Below are positions 38,770-51,990 of a stretch of 64,000 nucleotides of DNA, one piece after another. How positions within the stretch are numbered: the first letter of the stretch is position 1; each line of letters opens with the position of its first letter. Made by a program: the position numbers and the translations under genes. The notes under the pieces are model-generated. The model saw only the letters and a list, made by a program, of their open reading frames with translations. It ran no database searches and was not told where the DNA came from. This DNA comes from Octopus sinensis. Taxonomy: Eukaryota. The stretch covers positions 177,134,001 to 177,198,000 of the forward strand of contig NC_042997.1 of the NCBI RefSeq assembly GCF_006345805.1, written 5' to 3'.

Positions 38770-39490
38770 ATTTCGGCACAAGGACAGTAATTTCAGGAAA
38801 GGGAGCAAGTAGGTTACATCGACCCCAGTGTTCCACTGGTATTTATTTTATCGACCGCGAAAGATGAAAGGCGAAGTCAACCTCGGTTGATTTTGAGCTC
38901 AAAACATAAAGACGAACGAAATTCTTAGCAGCATTTTGACCGGCAGGGTAACGATTCTTATTTCTATACTGCCCACAAGGGGCTACACACCCGGAAAGGG
39001 CGTGATGACCACATCCATCACCTTTCCTCTCCCTACGCTACTGGTTTTAGGTAAATGCATAAATACTCGTGTGACACTCCAATAACAAGGACAGACAAAC
39101 GGATTAAGTCGATTATATCGACCCCAGTGCATCACTGGTACTTATTTAATCGACCCCGAAAGGATGAAAGGCAAAGTCGTCCTCGGCGTAATTTGGACTC
39201 AGAACGTAGCGGCAGACGAAATGCCGCTAAGCATTTCACCCGGCGTGCTAACGTTTCTGCCAGCTTGTCGCCTTCACTCAATAACGAATATTAACACAAG
39301 TTAGGGCGGCAAACAGGCGGGATCATCAGCACACCAGACAAAATACTTAGTGGCATTTCAAATTCCACCGAGGTCGATTTTACCTTCCATTCTTTCGGGG
39401 TCGATAAGATAAGTACCAGTTAAACATTGAGGTCGATGTAATCGACTTACCCTGAAATTGCAGGCCTTGTGCCAAAACTTGAAAGCAATA
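38770..39490. mobile_element. Cluster of SINE B copies (38770-38958 -, 38958-39275 -, 39303-39490 +)
   Basis: Family motifs; the middle copy contains a foreign inverted insert at 38988-39085. Confidence 0.85.
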
Positions 39491-39599
39491 TTAATACCAC
39501 AAGCATCACTAACAAAATTCACTACAATCAACATAATTCCATCATCTGCTAGAAAAAGGAGTCAAATCACCCATTAAATCACACTACCGTTTTAGGAAG

Positions 39600-39863
39600 G
39601 GGCCTGATAAAGGATAAAGATCCTTCCCAAATCATATAGACTCAGAGGGCCCGATTTCCGGTCCCGTGACGGGTATATTCTCCATCCCTGGATGGAACAC
39701 CGGTCCGTCACAGGATTACTTGTTTTTGCCAACTGGGTGGATTGGAGAAACGTGAAAGGAAGTGTTTTGCTCAATAACATAACGTTCGCCAGACTGAGGG
39801 ATCGAAACCACAGTCTTACGATGACGTGTCTATCATCATAACCACTAAGCCATGCACCTCCAC
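39600..39863 (-). mobile_element. tRNA-derived SINE (family D-like head) with TSD TTAGGAAG
   Basis: Minus head GGAGGTGCATGGCTTAGTGGTTA, B-box GGTTTCGATCCC, GAGCAAAACACTT core; TTAGGAAG on both sides. Confidence 0.8.
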
Positions 39864-40057
39864 CTTAGGAAGAAGGCATGCTCAGTAATGTGGTCATAAG
39901 TCTATCTATATGCGGGAATAAGTGGGATTGTTATGACAGATACTTTTTTATTATAAATTTGTCCTTTCGCGGTTTTGCTGGAGCTGAACAACACCACTCC
40001 CACCACCGTAAAACTCCACCATCACCACCACCACCACGAACAACAACAACAACAATA

Positions 40058-40225
40058 AAGATGAGGAATTTCGTACATTATCTACATTATTTACATATGA
40101 CGGATATTTTTCCTTATGTTGTTTGTTGTTAACACAACGTTTCGGCTAATATACCCTCCAGACTTCATCAGGTGTTTTGGGGAAGTTTCGAACCTGGGTT
40201 CTCATTCCTAAGTTATTTCTTGATA
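40058..40225 (-). mobile_element. PLE terminal repeat with minimal type I hammerhead (40131-40176)
   Basis: Minus AACAC-CUGAUGA-A-GUCUG..UAGCC-GAAA-CGUU-GUGUU; same family as 60555-60675 and 59648-59708. Confidence 0.8.
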
Positions 40226-40245
40226 TTGTTGTTGTTGTTGTTGTT

Positions 40246-41351
40246 GTTATTCTATGTTTGACTTTTGCTTTCCATTTGCACAAGCTGGCTCCAAGTCTCA
40301 CCCAGAGACCTCAAGAGACAACAAGTTGGAAGTTCATGTTGGTGTTATGCCTAGGGTGCCATATATTTGGTTTCGTACTTAGTGTTGTACTAGTGAATGT
40401 TTAAGAAACCATAAGAAAATTATGCTTGTTTTAAAACTTGAGATTACATAGAAAGTATTTTGCGTAGGATATGAGCAGTTCCCATGAGCGTTATCTTTTG
40501 AATTTCTTCCATTTTGGTGTTTCCTGGTATCTGAGTTAGGTAGCAATCAGCCCCTTTTGCTGTCATTCCCAGGGCACCCATGACAACAGGTATTGTTTTA
40601 GTCTTCAGGTTCCACATTTTGCTGATTTCTATTTCCAGATCTTTATATTTGCTCAGTTTCTGGTAGGTCTTGACAGATACGTTTATATCGATTGGGACAG
40701 TCATATCAATGAGGAGGCATGTTTTTTGTCTGAAGTCTTTTACTATGATGTCTGGCCTATTCGCGTCTATCTTTCTGTCAGTTTGAATGGTGAAGTTCCA
40801 GAGGAGTGAGATGTGGTCATTTTCAAGCACTGGAGGTGGTTTGTGTTCCCACCAGTTTTTATCATGGGGCAAGTCCAGGCTTTTGCAAATTACCCAGTGA
40901 ATATATTGTGCAGCTCTATCATGCCTGTTGAGATTTTCTGTAGGCGCAAGAAGACTGCACTTGGAGACAACATGATCAATGGTTTCATTTTGTTGTTGAC
41001 ATACACGACATGTTGGGCTACTGCCGTTTTTAATATGTTGGCCTGGTACTTACTTGTAGGTAGGCAATGATCTTGAGCTGCTATGATAAACCTTTGTTTC
41101 AGATTTTAAGCCAGAGGCCATTAACCATTGATGGGTCGGGGCTTTGTCAACATCTGCATTATTCACTCTCTTTGGGTATTTGCCATTGAGAGGTTTTTCT
41201 TGCCATTTATCATTCAGAATATCTAAGGCAGCAGTTTTAGCACAGGTTTTCATGCGCTTAGCTTTTTCTGTGCTTGTTTCTTGTGTGTCTAATTCCGAAA
41301 TTTGTTGTATTCGGAATTCACTTAGATATTCCTTTGCCTGTTTTGTTACTG

Positions 41352-41353
<2 letters not shown>
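40246..41353 (-). mobile_element. 5'-truncated R4/Dong-clade LINE (restriction-like endonuclease region)
   Basis: ORF 40444..40872: WNFTIQTDRKIDANRPDII..LIDMTVP..KLSKYKDL..IPVVMGALG..GTAHILRK; upstream WQEKPLNGKY..GLKSET; flanked by (AAC)n and (AAT)n. Confidence 0.92.
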
Positions 41354-41406
<53 letters not shown>

Positions 41407-41422
41407 TATTATTATTATTATT

Positions 41423-41481
41423 ATTAAGAGCGCGGGCTACTTATCCCAAGATTCCGAGTTCGATTTCTGGCAGCGACCTGA
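41423..41481 (+). mobile_element. tRNA-like head fragment (same as 60421-60497)
   Basis: TTAAGAGCGCGGGCTACTTATCCCAAGATTCCGAGTTCGATTTCTGGCAGCGACCTG followed by (AAT)n. Confidence 0.75.
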
Positions 41482-41505
41482 ATAATAATAGTAATAATAA
41501 TAGTA

Positions 41506-41571
<66 letters not shown>

Positions 41572-42431
41572 GTAATAATAATAATACACACAATCCGATA
41601 AGAAGTCAATGCTGGATCGCCATTGACTATATGCACGATCAGAGTTGATGCTGAGCTTTAAAATACCATCGACAACCGAGATAAACCACCACCACCATTA
41701 ACTTAACTACTCCCACTATTAGTGAACACCCATAGCTACTACTACTACTACTACTACTGAAAAAAATATTACAAGTACGTTATCACTACCGTTATTATTA
41801 CCGCTAAAATTATTCCCCCTCCATTCTGGACACAACCATTATTATCACCTCCACAACCACCACTAACCACCATTATCAAAGAAAAGGAACCCATTAACAA
41901 AAGCCTTCACATCTGTACCATCGGCCATAATGTATTCTACCCTATTCAGTGCTGTAAGACTTTATTTTTTTTCATGTAGATTTTGCTATTTCCAATCAAG
42001 AGGATTTTGTTGGCTTCCCTAGGGAGAATTATTTTTTGTTGCTCAAGAATAGATTGCTGCTAGTATATCAAGAGAAATAACCTGACTACTGTGAAGAAAA
42101 TGCGAGGGCCAGTCAGAAGAGGGTTTTGTGGAGTTGCATGACAACGATCTTTCTTTGTCTGCAGAGAAGTCAATCTCCTAACTCTTTGGGAAAAAAAACC
42201 CAGCTCTTTGTGTCATAGCATGAATAATAGCGGTCGATAACAATACGTATGTATGTATGTATGTATGTATGTATGTATGTATGTATGTATGTATGTATGT
42301 ATGTATGTATGTATATATGTATGTATGTATGTATGTATCTATCTATCTATCTAGACGTGCATACATACACGCATACATACACGCATACATACACGCATAC
42401 ATACGTACACACACGCACACACACACACACA

Positions 42432-42483
<52 letters not shown>

Positions 42484-43136
42484 ATTTGTGTATAAAGAGA
42501 AAATCAATTAGTTTTAAATCTCTGAGCGAGAAATATGTAGTAACAGTACCGAGCAGTAAAGTTTACTAACTCAATGAGGTAGTCCTACACAGGACGATCT
42601 TAACACTTTTTAGCCACAGGAAAACATCTTTTCCAGATGGCTACCGACACATGGTCTATGTCCGTATACTATGAGCAAAGGAGTTTATTACTCCGACCAA
42701 TGATTTCTAGGTTATTTCCCTTCCTCGGTGCAGGACACACATGCAAAAAAAATGTATGATGATGTATTTATGTATGCGTATATGAAATATAATGTGTGTA
42801 TTTTTTTTTGTGTGTGTGAGAGAGAGGGAGAGAGCGAGAAGGAGCGAGTGAGTGCCACTTACACATATATGCAAAGAAATACATACATGACGAATCACAC
42901 CTTCACTCACTAACTCTCTCTCTCACGCACACATGAATACACGCACACACACTTTTCCCTTTCTCCTCTCTTTCAATTTCTGCTCTCACTTCAAAGCAAA
43001 TGTCGCCTTTTCACTTTCTCCTCTCTTTCAATTCCCACCCACCCCTAAAATTTACGAACAATCATATGATCCCGTATGATCAACCATATGATCGAGTTGA
43101 CAACTTTGCTGCTTCAAACGAAATAACTTCCTTTAG

Positions 43137-43177
<41 letters not shown>

Positions 43178-44348
43178 ACTTTAAGTTAAATTTCTGTACG
43201 AATTATGTTATTTCTCGGTGTGTGCACGCGCATAATTACAGCTCAAATCTAATTGAAATTTCCTTTTTCTATTCTGTAATTTATGTTTGCGATGAGCACA
43301 TTTAAAAGGAAGTGTTTCCAGAAATCCTGTCCTTTACCTGTTGTTTTTAGCATGTCCGAGGTGACATTTGCTTCCCCCCACCCTTATATTTTCCTAAATT
43401 AATTCCAATTCCTATGTTTTCCCACCAGAAGATTAGGATTTCGCCCCAAAGCACGTTCTCAATATTTTAATTTTCTCCATCCCCACCCCAATTTCGTCAT
43501 TTTAAGAACATTTTTCCAAATTTGTTTCCTGGCAACACATGGAGAAAAAAAAAAAAAACAGTGTACGAATTTTTAAGAATTTTCTTCCTCCTTTCTTCTT
43601 AAAGAAAGACTAAAATTTCGTTCCCAAACGTCCGCCCATCACTTCACCACTTTCAAAAAGCTACAAACTTCCAACATTTCACCTTTAGCTTTTTGGAAAG
43701 CGGGGAAGTTTCTTCAGAAATAATGTCGTTTACTTGTTGTTTCTTGCATATCAGGTTTTCTGGTGGCAGTCTGGTATTTTTGCGTCTGCTATTTCAGTAC
43801 AATTGTACGCATGCTTGAAACATCAGACGAAAGTGAAACGTTAGTAGATCTTAGCTTCTGGAAAGCGTGTAGGTGATGGGTGGGTGATGTGGGGGAGGGG
43901 CATTGAGTATTTCTTTAAGAAAAATTAAACTTTAAAAAAATATATATATTTCCCAGATTCCTAATCTCTGTATTTTTCGATGTGAATAAAAAAAATAAAT
44001 TCGATAAAAGTTACAAATTAAGAAATTACGGTGGGGACGGGAGAAAATTAAAATTTTGAAAACGTGATTTCTGCGTAAAGTTGTATTAATCACCTTTTAT
44101 ACAATGAAACAGTACATAGCTTAAGAACAGAAAGCACTTTCATGCAAACCCATGTAAATTGTACCCTCTCCACTTCACTTTTAAACAATAACTTCCATTA
44201 CGCTAATAATCCAATTCACTATATATCAGCAGTGCCGATCCTGCCCATAAGAAAGGAATAAATGATACAATGTGGCTGTATGTCATAACACCGAAGCAAC
44301 GCCGGGATGCATTGCTAGTGTGTGTGTGTGTGTGTGTGTTCATACATA

Positions 44349-45610
44349 CAGGATGCCTAATATATTTGAGGACAGATTTATGTTTGTGAAAAAAAAAACC
44401 GATAAAAAAAACCCAGATAACTTTATTTATCAAAAAATGCTGAGGATAAAAATAAACTTTCTTTTCTATAATGCTATTCGATAACGCCACCATTAGCTTC
44501 AACAACTGCTTCTATATGAGACCTAAATCATCTACATGCGCGAATCAAGTAGTCCTGGTTCATTTTGGACATTACTCTGACTATGGCAGCTTTCAAAGTA
44601 TCTTTGGTGTTATGGGTGTATTCATTGACCTCTCTCTCAATAACGCCCCACGTATAACAGTCCAATGGATTGAGATCTGGAGAATTAAGAGGCCAAATGC
44701 TAGCTAGGAGTTATGTGATCATGAAAAGTTTCAGCCATTCATTCCTGTGTTACTAGTGCCATGTGCGATAGTGCAGAGTCCTACTGAAACGCATATGGCC
44801 TTCCATTGTATACACTGTCTGTCTAGGGCTTAGCAATTATTTCCAGGACCTCAATGTAGGCGGCAGAGTAACTCTAAGGCCTTGTGGAACTAAGGAAAGA
44901 GTCATCACATGTCCTTCATTGTTGATAACTCCTAAAACCATGACAGTCGCAGGAAATTTTGTATGCATAACACTTGGAACTTCAGAAGAGTCTGCATATA
45001 ATCATCTGTCATTTCTTCTGTTGACTTTTTGATCTTGGTCGAAGTATTCCTCGTTTGAGAAAAACCAAATCAAATATTTTTCTGTTGGATTTTTCTGTTT
45101 GTTTAAGAGCCTTTTAGATTTGATGTAGTGATTTTCTTTTGCTTTTTCTTACAAATTGACATTTCCTCAACATATAAAACATATCTGATGTCTTCGTGGA
45201 CTACATTTCTGACCGTTCCTTCTGACAAATGGAGATTTTTTGCAATTGACTTCATAGACTTTCTTGGATTGTAATCAATGGTCTGTTGAACTTGTTGGAT
45301 AATTTCAGGTTTTCTGATGACTTCAGAGCGTTTGGAATGCCTTTTATGCTTTGATACTGGTGATACTTTTCCATCCTCAGTCCCTAGCTCCTTACAAACT
45401 TTGTAAACGAAAGATCTGGCAACATTTAAAAATCGAGATATTTCTAAATTGCCGTGTTATTATAACCACAATAACAGCATGCCTCTTCATTTCTTGAGTA
45501 AGCTGAGAGGTCTGCCATTATTATTTTCTGAAACATAGATTATATAGTGTTAGCAGAAAATGCAGCAATGACCCAAAAAATGTATGTCCTCAAATAGCTT
45601 ACGCACCTTT

Positions 45611-45612
<2 letters not shown>
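44349..45612 (-). mobile_element. Full-length degraded maT (DD37D) Tc1/mariner transposon
   Basis: ~30 bp TIRs (CAGGATGCCTAATATATTTGAGGACA / TGTCCTCAAATAGCTTACGCACC..TG) with TA flanks; PYAFQ*DSALSH..IWPLNSPDLNPLDCYTWG with 37 residues between the two Ds after removing a 4 bp duplication. Confidence 0.9.
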
Positions 45613-45667
<55 letters not shown>

Positions 45668-45949
45668 TAGAAATATTATTATTTCTAAGTCTCTCTAAAG
45701 GAGACTACGGCAGCGTTACTGGATATTAACAGTTATCGCCAAGCTAATATGGCAGTCCATAAATATAGGAAGAAAGCTGCCGTTGATTAGCTCCAAGAGG
45801 CCATCGCCTCTAGCTAGCTATATGACACACGAACCTGTGTCCATTATAACCTTCGAACAGGGGAGGTCAGCCACTTCCCCTGCTGGTTAGGCATCTGCAG
45901 ACATGTTTCAGGGTATTATATATATATAACATGTTATATATATAAAAAT

Positions 45950-46632
45950 ATGTAAAACTGCAGGAACAGAAAAATAGAGAGCGTTTAGAAATATTTCAAT
46001 ACTAAATTTATTCAGACATCATGGGATCAATACATGTTACCATTAACCTCAACAATTAAAAGACGTGCTCAAAGTAGTGGCCATTAGCTTCCAGATACGG
46101 CAAACTGCTGCTTGGGCATCGAAGGCCATAGTGTCCAGTGGGATTGCTGCACGAGCTGTTTCAATTTCTTGTCGAAGAGTTGTCAGTGTAACTGGTTCTC
46201 TGCGATACATGACAATCATAAGTAAATGTGTTCAGATGTTAAATCAAGAGAACGTGCGGGAATCTCAACCGCAACTCTTCGTCTTATTCAGTGTTCTTAC
46301 AACCACTAAGTTCGCACGTCTCGGCAGAAGTGTAGTAGCGCAACGTGTTGTTGAAAGAAGAATTCATCGTGTCCATAAAGTTCATGTATGGCAGGTAAAA
46401 ACGGACATGCGTAGCGTGTCTAGGTATCTTAATCAGTAACAGTTCCTTCGGAGCAAAATGAGCCTGTAAAAACTTCGTGATGACGCTCCTCACCAGACAC
46501 TGACCCCAATAATTTGACTGCTTTGTCCAAATGCCAAAAAAGGCAAAAACCGTTAAAAGCAACTTGTATTTATCCCATGATGTCTGGATAAATTTAGTAT
46601 TAAAATATTTCTATGTTTTTCTTCCTCCGAAT

Positions 46633-46637
<5 letters not shown>
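45950..46637. mobile_element. Non-autonomous Tc1/mariner derivative with ~60 bp subterminal inverted repeats
   Basis: 45986-46047 is the reverse complement of 46552-46613; internal minus-strand EANGHYFEH resembles the transposase C-terminal xxGxHFEH motif. Confidence 0.7.
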
Positions 46638-46680
<43 letters not shown>

Positions 46681-47786
46681 AGGAAAAGGGGAGACCACCG
46701 GTGTTTGTATCGTAGGAAGCTAGAAAACGTTGCCAACATTTTTATCATACCCAACGAAAAGATTTTGAAAGAAGTTAGAAAAAAGGAGACAAGGTAAGCT
46801 TATGATGATATGAAAGCAACAACTTCCAGTATGTAATCTTTATTGATTCTATTTATATGAGCGAATAAAGGAAACGTAGAATTAAGGTAGCTGAAAAAGT
46901 AGGAATATCTATTAAAGCCCTAATTTGTAAGGTATACCGGTCTGAGAAAACACCATATATTTACAGAAACCTTAAATTTGAAAATCAAACACATATATAG
47001 AGGATAAGATTCGAAGTGTGGTATAGTGCATTCATTGCCTGAAAGAGGTTGTGCAAGAGACAACACTATAGCCTATATATATGATAGGCAGCTTGTAGTA
47101 CATGTGAAAGGATTGAAAGCATTAGCGTGGGTATAATGAGAAAAGACGAGCATCTATACTTTACCAAGACGCTATAAAGAAACAAGATTGATTAATAAAT
47201 AATATCGACTTAAACTTCAGTTGATACACCCACATAATTCAACTGTCAGATTGATAACCAAAGGCAGTTTCTTACGGTAAACATTCAAATTCTTCCACTG
47301 AACAAAAAGAACGAGTGGGCTAACAACAGCCCACCCACAACAGTATTACAGGCAAGAATAATACAATGCTAATCACGGTCGAAAAATGATTATGTATTGA
47401 ACAGAACACATGAAATAATATAATATTATTAGCACAATATAATACATTGTGGTTTAAAAAAAATAATAATTGACGAAATACATGCGCATGCGCGTGTAGC
47501 AGTAGGTGTGGGCGCCGCGAATATATGTACACATGTATGTGTGTAAGTATGCATGGGTGTATGTCTACGACAAGGTGACACTCTGTGTGCATGTGTCTGA
47601 TCCATTGGAGTATGTATAAATATGTGTGGGATAGTATGTATATTTGTATAGATATATGTGTAAGTATAGGTACATACATAAATGCAAAATGTGTATGCAT
47701 ACATACATGGGTGTCCGCCTGCCCTTGGATGAAACTGTTGCCAGTCAAAATTATGTAGGCGACGAGATATGCATAGAGCAGAGATA

Positions 47787-48017
47787 TATTTCTTTACTAC
47801 CCACAAGGGGCCAAACACAGAGGGGACAAGCAAGGAAAGACAAACGAATGAAGTCGATTATATCGACCCCAGTGCGTAACTGGTACTTAATTTATCGACT
47901 CCGAAAGGATGAAAGGCAAAGTCGACCGCGGCGGAATTTGAACTCAGAACGTAACGGCAGACGAAATACGGCTACGAATTTCGCCCGGCGTGCTAACGTT
48001 TCTGCCAGCTCGCCGCC
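47787..48017 (-). mobile_element. Young SINE B with 17 bp TSD and 5' filler
   Basis: TSD TGCAYAGAGCAGAGATA at 47770-47786 and 48032-48048. Confidence 0.93.
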
Positions 48018-49069
48018 TACATTCCTATCTCTGCACAGAGCAGAGATAGGGATATAGACATGCTCAGATACACACATAGTCTCTCTCCTTTTCTCTCTCT
48101 CTCTTTCTCTCTCTCACACACACGCACAAACACACACATACACCCATTCACTGGAGGACAGTGGATATACTGATATTAGGTTAGTGGTATCAAAGCAATG
48201 GATAATTATCGTAATTAGCGTGAAGTCTACTTCTTTGTGGATAGATGACGCGTGTGTAACTCTTCAGCCAGTTAAATGGATTGAAAGACGTAATATCGCC
48301 TGCTATAGTTGTGATGTCGTCTGCTATAGCTGTGAATGGATAAAAAAATAAATAAGACCTCCCAGGCGTCCGTAATGGAGAGATAATAATGATGATAAAC
48401 CTTCTCGAAAGACTGTCTTTAGAACAAAATATTCGGAAATGATAAAGACATATCAGAAGTGTAACAATATAGCTTGCAGCACAGAAAAAAAAAACGTATG
48501 AATTACGAAAATAACAGATTACATGTATACTTCAAGAGAATTACTATCTCTCCCTCTCTATCTATCTATCTATCGATATATGAGAGTAATAAGGATAAAC
48601 ATTGGGTTTCAAATTTTGATGCAAGGCCAGTAGATTTTGGGGATGGATAAGTTAATAACATCAACCCTCACCACTCAACTGAAAGGCAAAGTTGACATTG
48701 GCGGAATTTGAACTTTAGGAGTTTCAATATTGGTTTCAAATTTTGGCAAAAGGGCAACAATTTTGGGGTGGGAGTGGTGGGTAAATCGATTACATCGACC
48801 ACAGTCCTCAACTGGTAATACAGGAAGCAGGCTAGATTGTGATAATCTAAGCATAACAGTAGCAGTCGTTCATCTATTTGTACACATAATTTCTAATATG
48901 TACGAGCATACATACATGCATACATACATACATACATACATACATACATACATACATACATACATACATCATACATACATACATACATACAAACATACAT
49001 ACATACATCATACATACATACATACATACATACATACATACATACATACACATACATACATACATACAT

Positions 49070-49558
49070 AGGCGTGACTGTGTGGTAAGAAGCTTTTGGT
49101 ATGTATAAGGCAGCGAGCTGGCAGAAACGTTAGCACGCCGCGAGAAATGCTCGGCGGTATTTCATCTGTCTTTACGTTCTGAGTTCAAATTCCGCCGAGG
49201 TTGACTTTGCTTTTCATCATTTCGGGGTCGATTAAATAAGTACCAGTTACGCACTGGGGTCGATATAATCGACTTAATCCATTTGTCTGTCCTTGTTTGT
49301 CCTCTCTGTGTTTAGCCCCTTGTGGGTAGTAAAGAAACAAGAAGCTTGCTTCTCTAAAATATGGTTCCGGGTTCAGCCCCAATGCGTGGCTCCTTGAGCA
49401 AGTGTCTTCTACTATAGCCTCAGGCCGACCAAAGTATTCTGGGTGGATTTGGTAGACAGAAATTGAAAGAAGCCCGTCGTGTGTATATTTATATATACAG
49501 GTGGTGCTCCAGCATGACCGTAGTCAAATGACTGAAACAAAGAAAAAAAAGAATAAAA

Positions 49559-49560
<2 letters not shown>
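49070..49560 (+). mobile_element. SINE A interrupted by SINE B (49107-49338)
   Basis: TSD AAGAAGCTT at 49087-49095 and 49339-49347 within the SINE A head. Confidence 0.92.
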
Positions 49561-49597
<37 letters not shown>

Positions 49598-50051
49598 CAC
49601 ACACACATATGTATGTATGTGTATGTCCATGAATTATTGAACCCAAATGGGAGGTCGAACATACACGAGTGTATACTATATATAAGTATATAACCCTATA
49701 TATCACATAACGTACTTGACATCAGGTTTCTAAAGAGCAAGAATTACTGCTAGATTCATTCAATCCGAAAATTAACACATATATTTGAGAAGAGAGCTGA
49801 CAACAAACATCGAATTGAAAGAGTTTTCTTATCTGTATACACGTTGTATTTGAAGATATATTTGCAGAAGGCTTGCGGTTTTTTGAGGTAATTATCGAAC
49901 GAGTCATATTTAAAGCCACGCTTAAATCTTCGGCTGTTGTCATTTTAGGTCACTTTATTATTAATAAACGATCACGTTGTTGAACAGTTGGTGTCTGGAT
50001 TCGCTCATGCTACTTTCGAGTTAATTAAAATATCCACGTTTTTCGCAAAGT

Positions 50052-50300
50052 GGAGGCACATGGCCTAGTGGTTAGAGCAGCTAACTCGCAGTCGAGGGAT
50101 CACGGGTTCGAATCTCAGACCGGGCGATGTGTGTGTTTATGAGCGAAACACCTAAGCTCCACGCGGCTTCGGCAGAAGGTAATGGCGAGCCTCTGCCGAT
50201 TCTTTCGCCACAACTGCAGCGGACCGGCGTCCCGTCCAAGGAAACCGGGAAACTGGCCCTTATGAGCCAGGCGTGGCTCGAGAAGGAACAAACGACAACA
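50052..50300 (+). mobile_element. SINE family C with complete tRNA-like head
   Basis: A-box TGGCCTAGTGG, B-box GGGTTCGAATCTC; imperfect TSD TTTTYGCAARGTGG. Confidence 0.9.
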
Positions 50301-51219
50301 TTTTTTGCAAGGTGGCTGAGACTGATGACATCCCTCCCTTGTAATCTTTACATCTTTATATTCGGAATTTAAAATCTTATAAACAAAAACCTCCGATTTC
50401 AAACAGTGAAACCAAATTATCGTTAAAGGAAGGATGAAAAGCAAAGTTGCTCCCTTGATACTTGAACTCAGAACAAAGAAAGACATGACAAAGTAATATA
50501 ATCAGACATTTTACCCAATGTGTCTACTGGGTTCTACACCACTCTGTACGTTAAAGCCATTATCATATTAAATGTCTAAATGTTTGAGATGAGTTATAGT
50601 TAATGAGATTAGGATTTAGAAGAAAAAAGCAACAACACAAATATCTCAAAAACAATACGATAATACGATAATAATTTTTTTGACTATTAACTTAATTTAA
50701 CCTCGTTTTTTGAGATGAAACATTCGAAAATAAATTTAGATATAAATGTAAATATTAAACAAAATATACTCCATCTTCAAACATGACGTTAAAGAAAAAA
50801 AAACTATAATCGTCTTATCGGTGATGAATTGACAGATTCGTTACAGCGTAGGATAGAATGCTTCGTGGTTTTTATTTCTACTCTCTGCGGTCTGGCTTCA
50901 AATTACATTAGCGTCAACTTTGTTGTTCACTGCTTGGTGTTCAATAAAACGGTAATAAAAAGGGCCGGCAGATCTGGAAGTCTGTCGAACCGCGCCCTAT
51001 GTCTGTTGTTCCAATCCTTTGCATTCTGAGCTAAAATCCCACTTTTGTCTACGTGGAGGTAGACTTATTCTACCACACTTTTTGTCATCTCCTTACCTGG
51101 TGCCTAGGGTGCCTTTAATAAAGTCGCAGTTTTGCAAGCTTTTCGGCTATGACACGGGTTAGAGGATACTTTCCTGCCCGTGTCATAAGCTCTGGCTTCT
51201 CTTGATTATGAGATAGTAG

Positions 51220-51990
51220 TTTCAAATTTTCGGGTAGAGGGAGTAGGTCGATTACATAGACCCTAATACGCAACTGGTATTTATTTTATCGACCCCGTAA
51301 GGATGAAAGGCAAAGTCGACTTCGGAGAAACATGCACTCAGAACCTAAAGACGAACAAAATACCGCTAAGCATTTTGCCCGCCACGTTAAAGATTCTGTT
51401 AGGCTTGCCACCTTAAAATAAAGATAAACAAAATAATCCTTTCTAATATAGGCACAGGGCCTGAAATTTTGGGGGAAGGGTGCCTGTCAATACCATCGAC
51501 CATCAGTGCATGACTGGTACTTATTTCATCGACCCTGAAAGGCAAAGTCAAGGATGGACGAAATGCCGTTAAGTGTTTTGCCCGTCGCCTTAACGATTCT
51601 GCCAGGCTCACCACCTTAAGAAAAGACAAGCATAATGATATTAACTATTTTTATACTTTCTTTTTTCTCTGTTTTCCCCACATTCCTATCTGCTTCTGTG
51701 GAAGTTCTTCAGTAGCAAAGTTGATTAACGTTATGGCAGCTACATGAATTATCGGAATTTGACCGTTTTAAAGTAGATTGAAGAACATAATACTGAAAGG
51801 GTGGTGATATGGCAGATCAGACCAAACGGCATTTCTTCCAGCTTTATGCTTTGAGTTCAGAGTCCACTAATGTCGACTTTGCTTTCATCATTTCAAGGTC
51901 CATAAAATAACTGCCCGTTAACCGCTGGAATCTATGTAATCGACTAGACCCCATCCCCCACAAATTTCAGGTCCAGTACATATAGAACAA
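51220..51990. mobile_element. Three degenerate SINE B copies (two minus, one plus)
   Basis: ATCGACCCC..GGATGAAAGGCAAAGTCGAC motifs and their complements. Confidence 0.78.

Noticed and set aside
41960-42080. Acceptor-like site followed by a 33-codon open frame
   Set aside because: Overlaps a degenerate copy of the unclassified GCTATTTCTAGCAG-type repeat.
45690-45915. Hairpin-rich island with minus-strand GAAACAUGUC (palindromic stem III plus GUC)
   Set aside because: No CUGANGA strand is present; possibly a truncated PLE terminus but not supportable.
49722-50030. Possible Tc1 N-terminal relic
   Set aside because: Only vague similarity; no TIR or catalytic motif seen.
50052-50125. tRNA gene
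   Set aside because: Continues directly into a SINE body with TSD; it is a SINE head, as are the other A/B-box hits.
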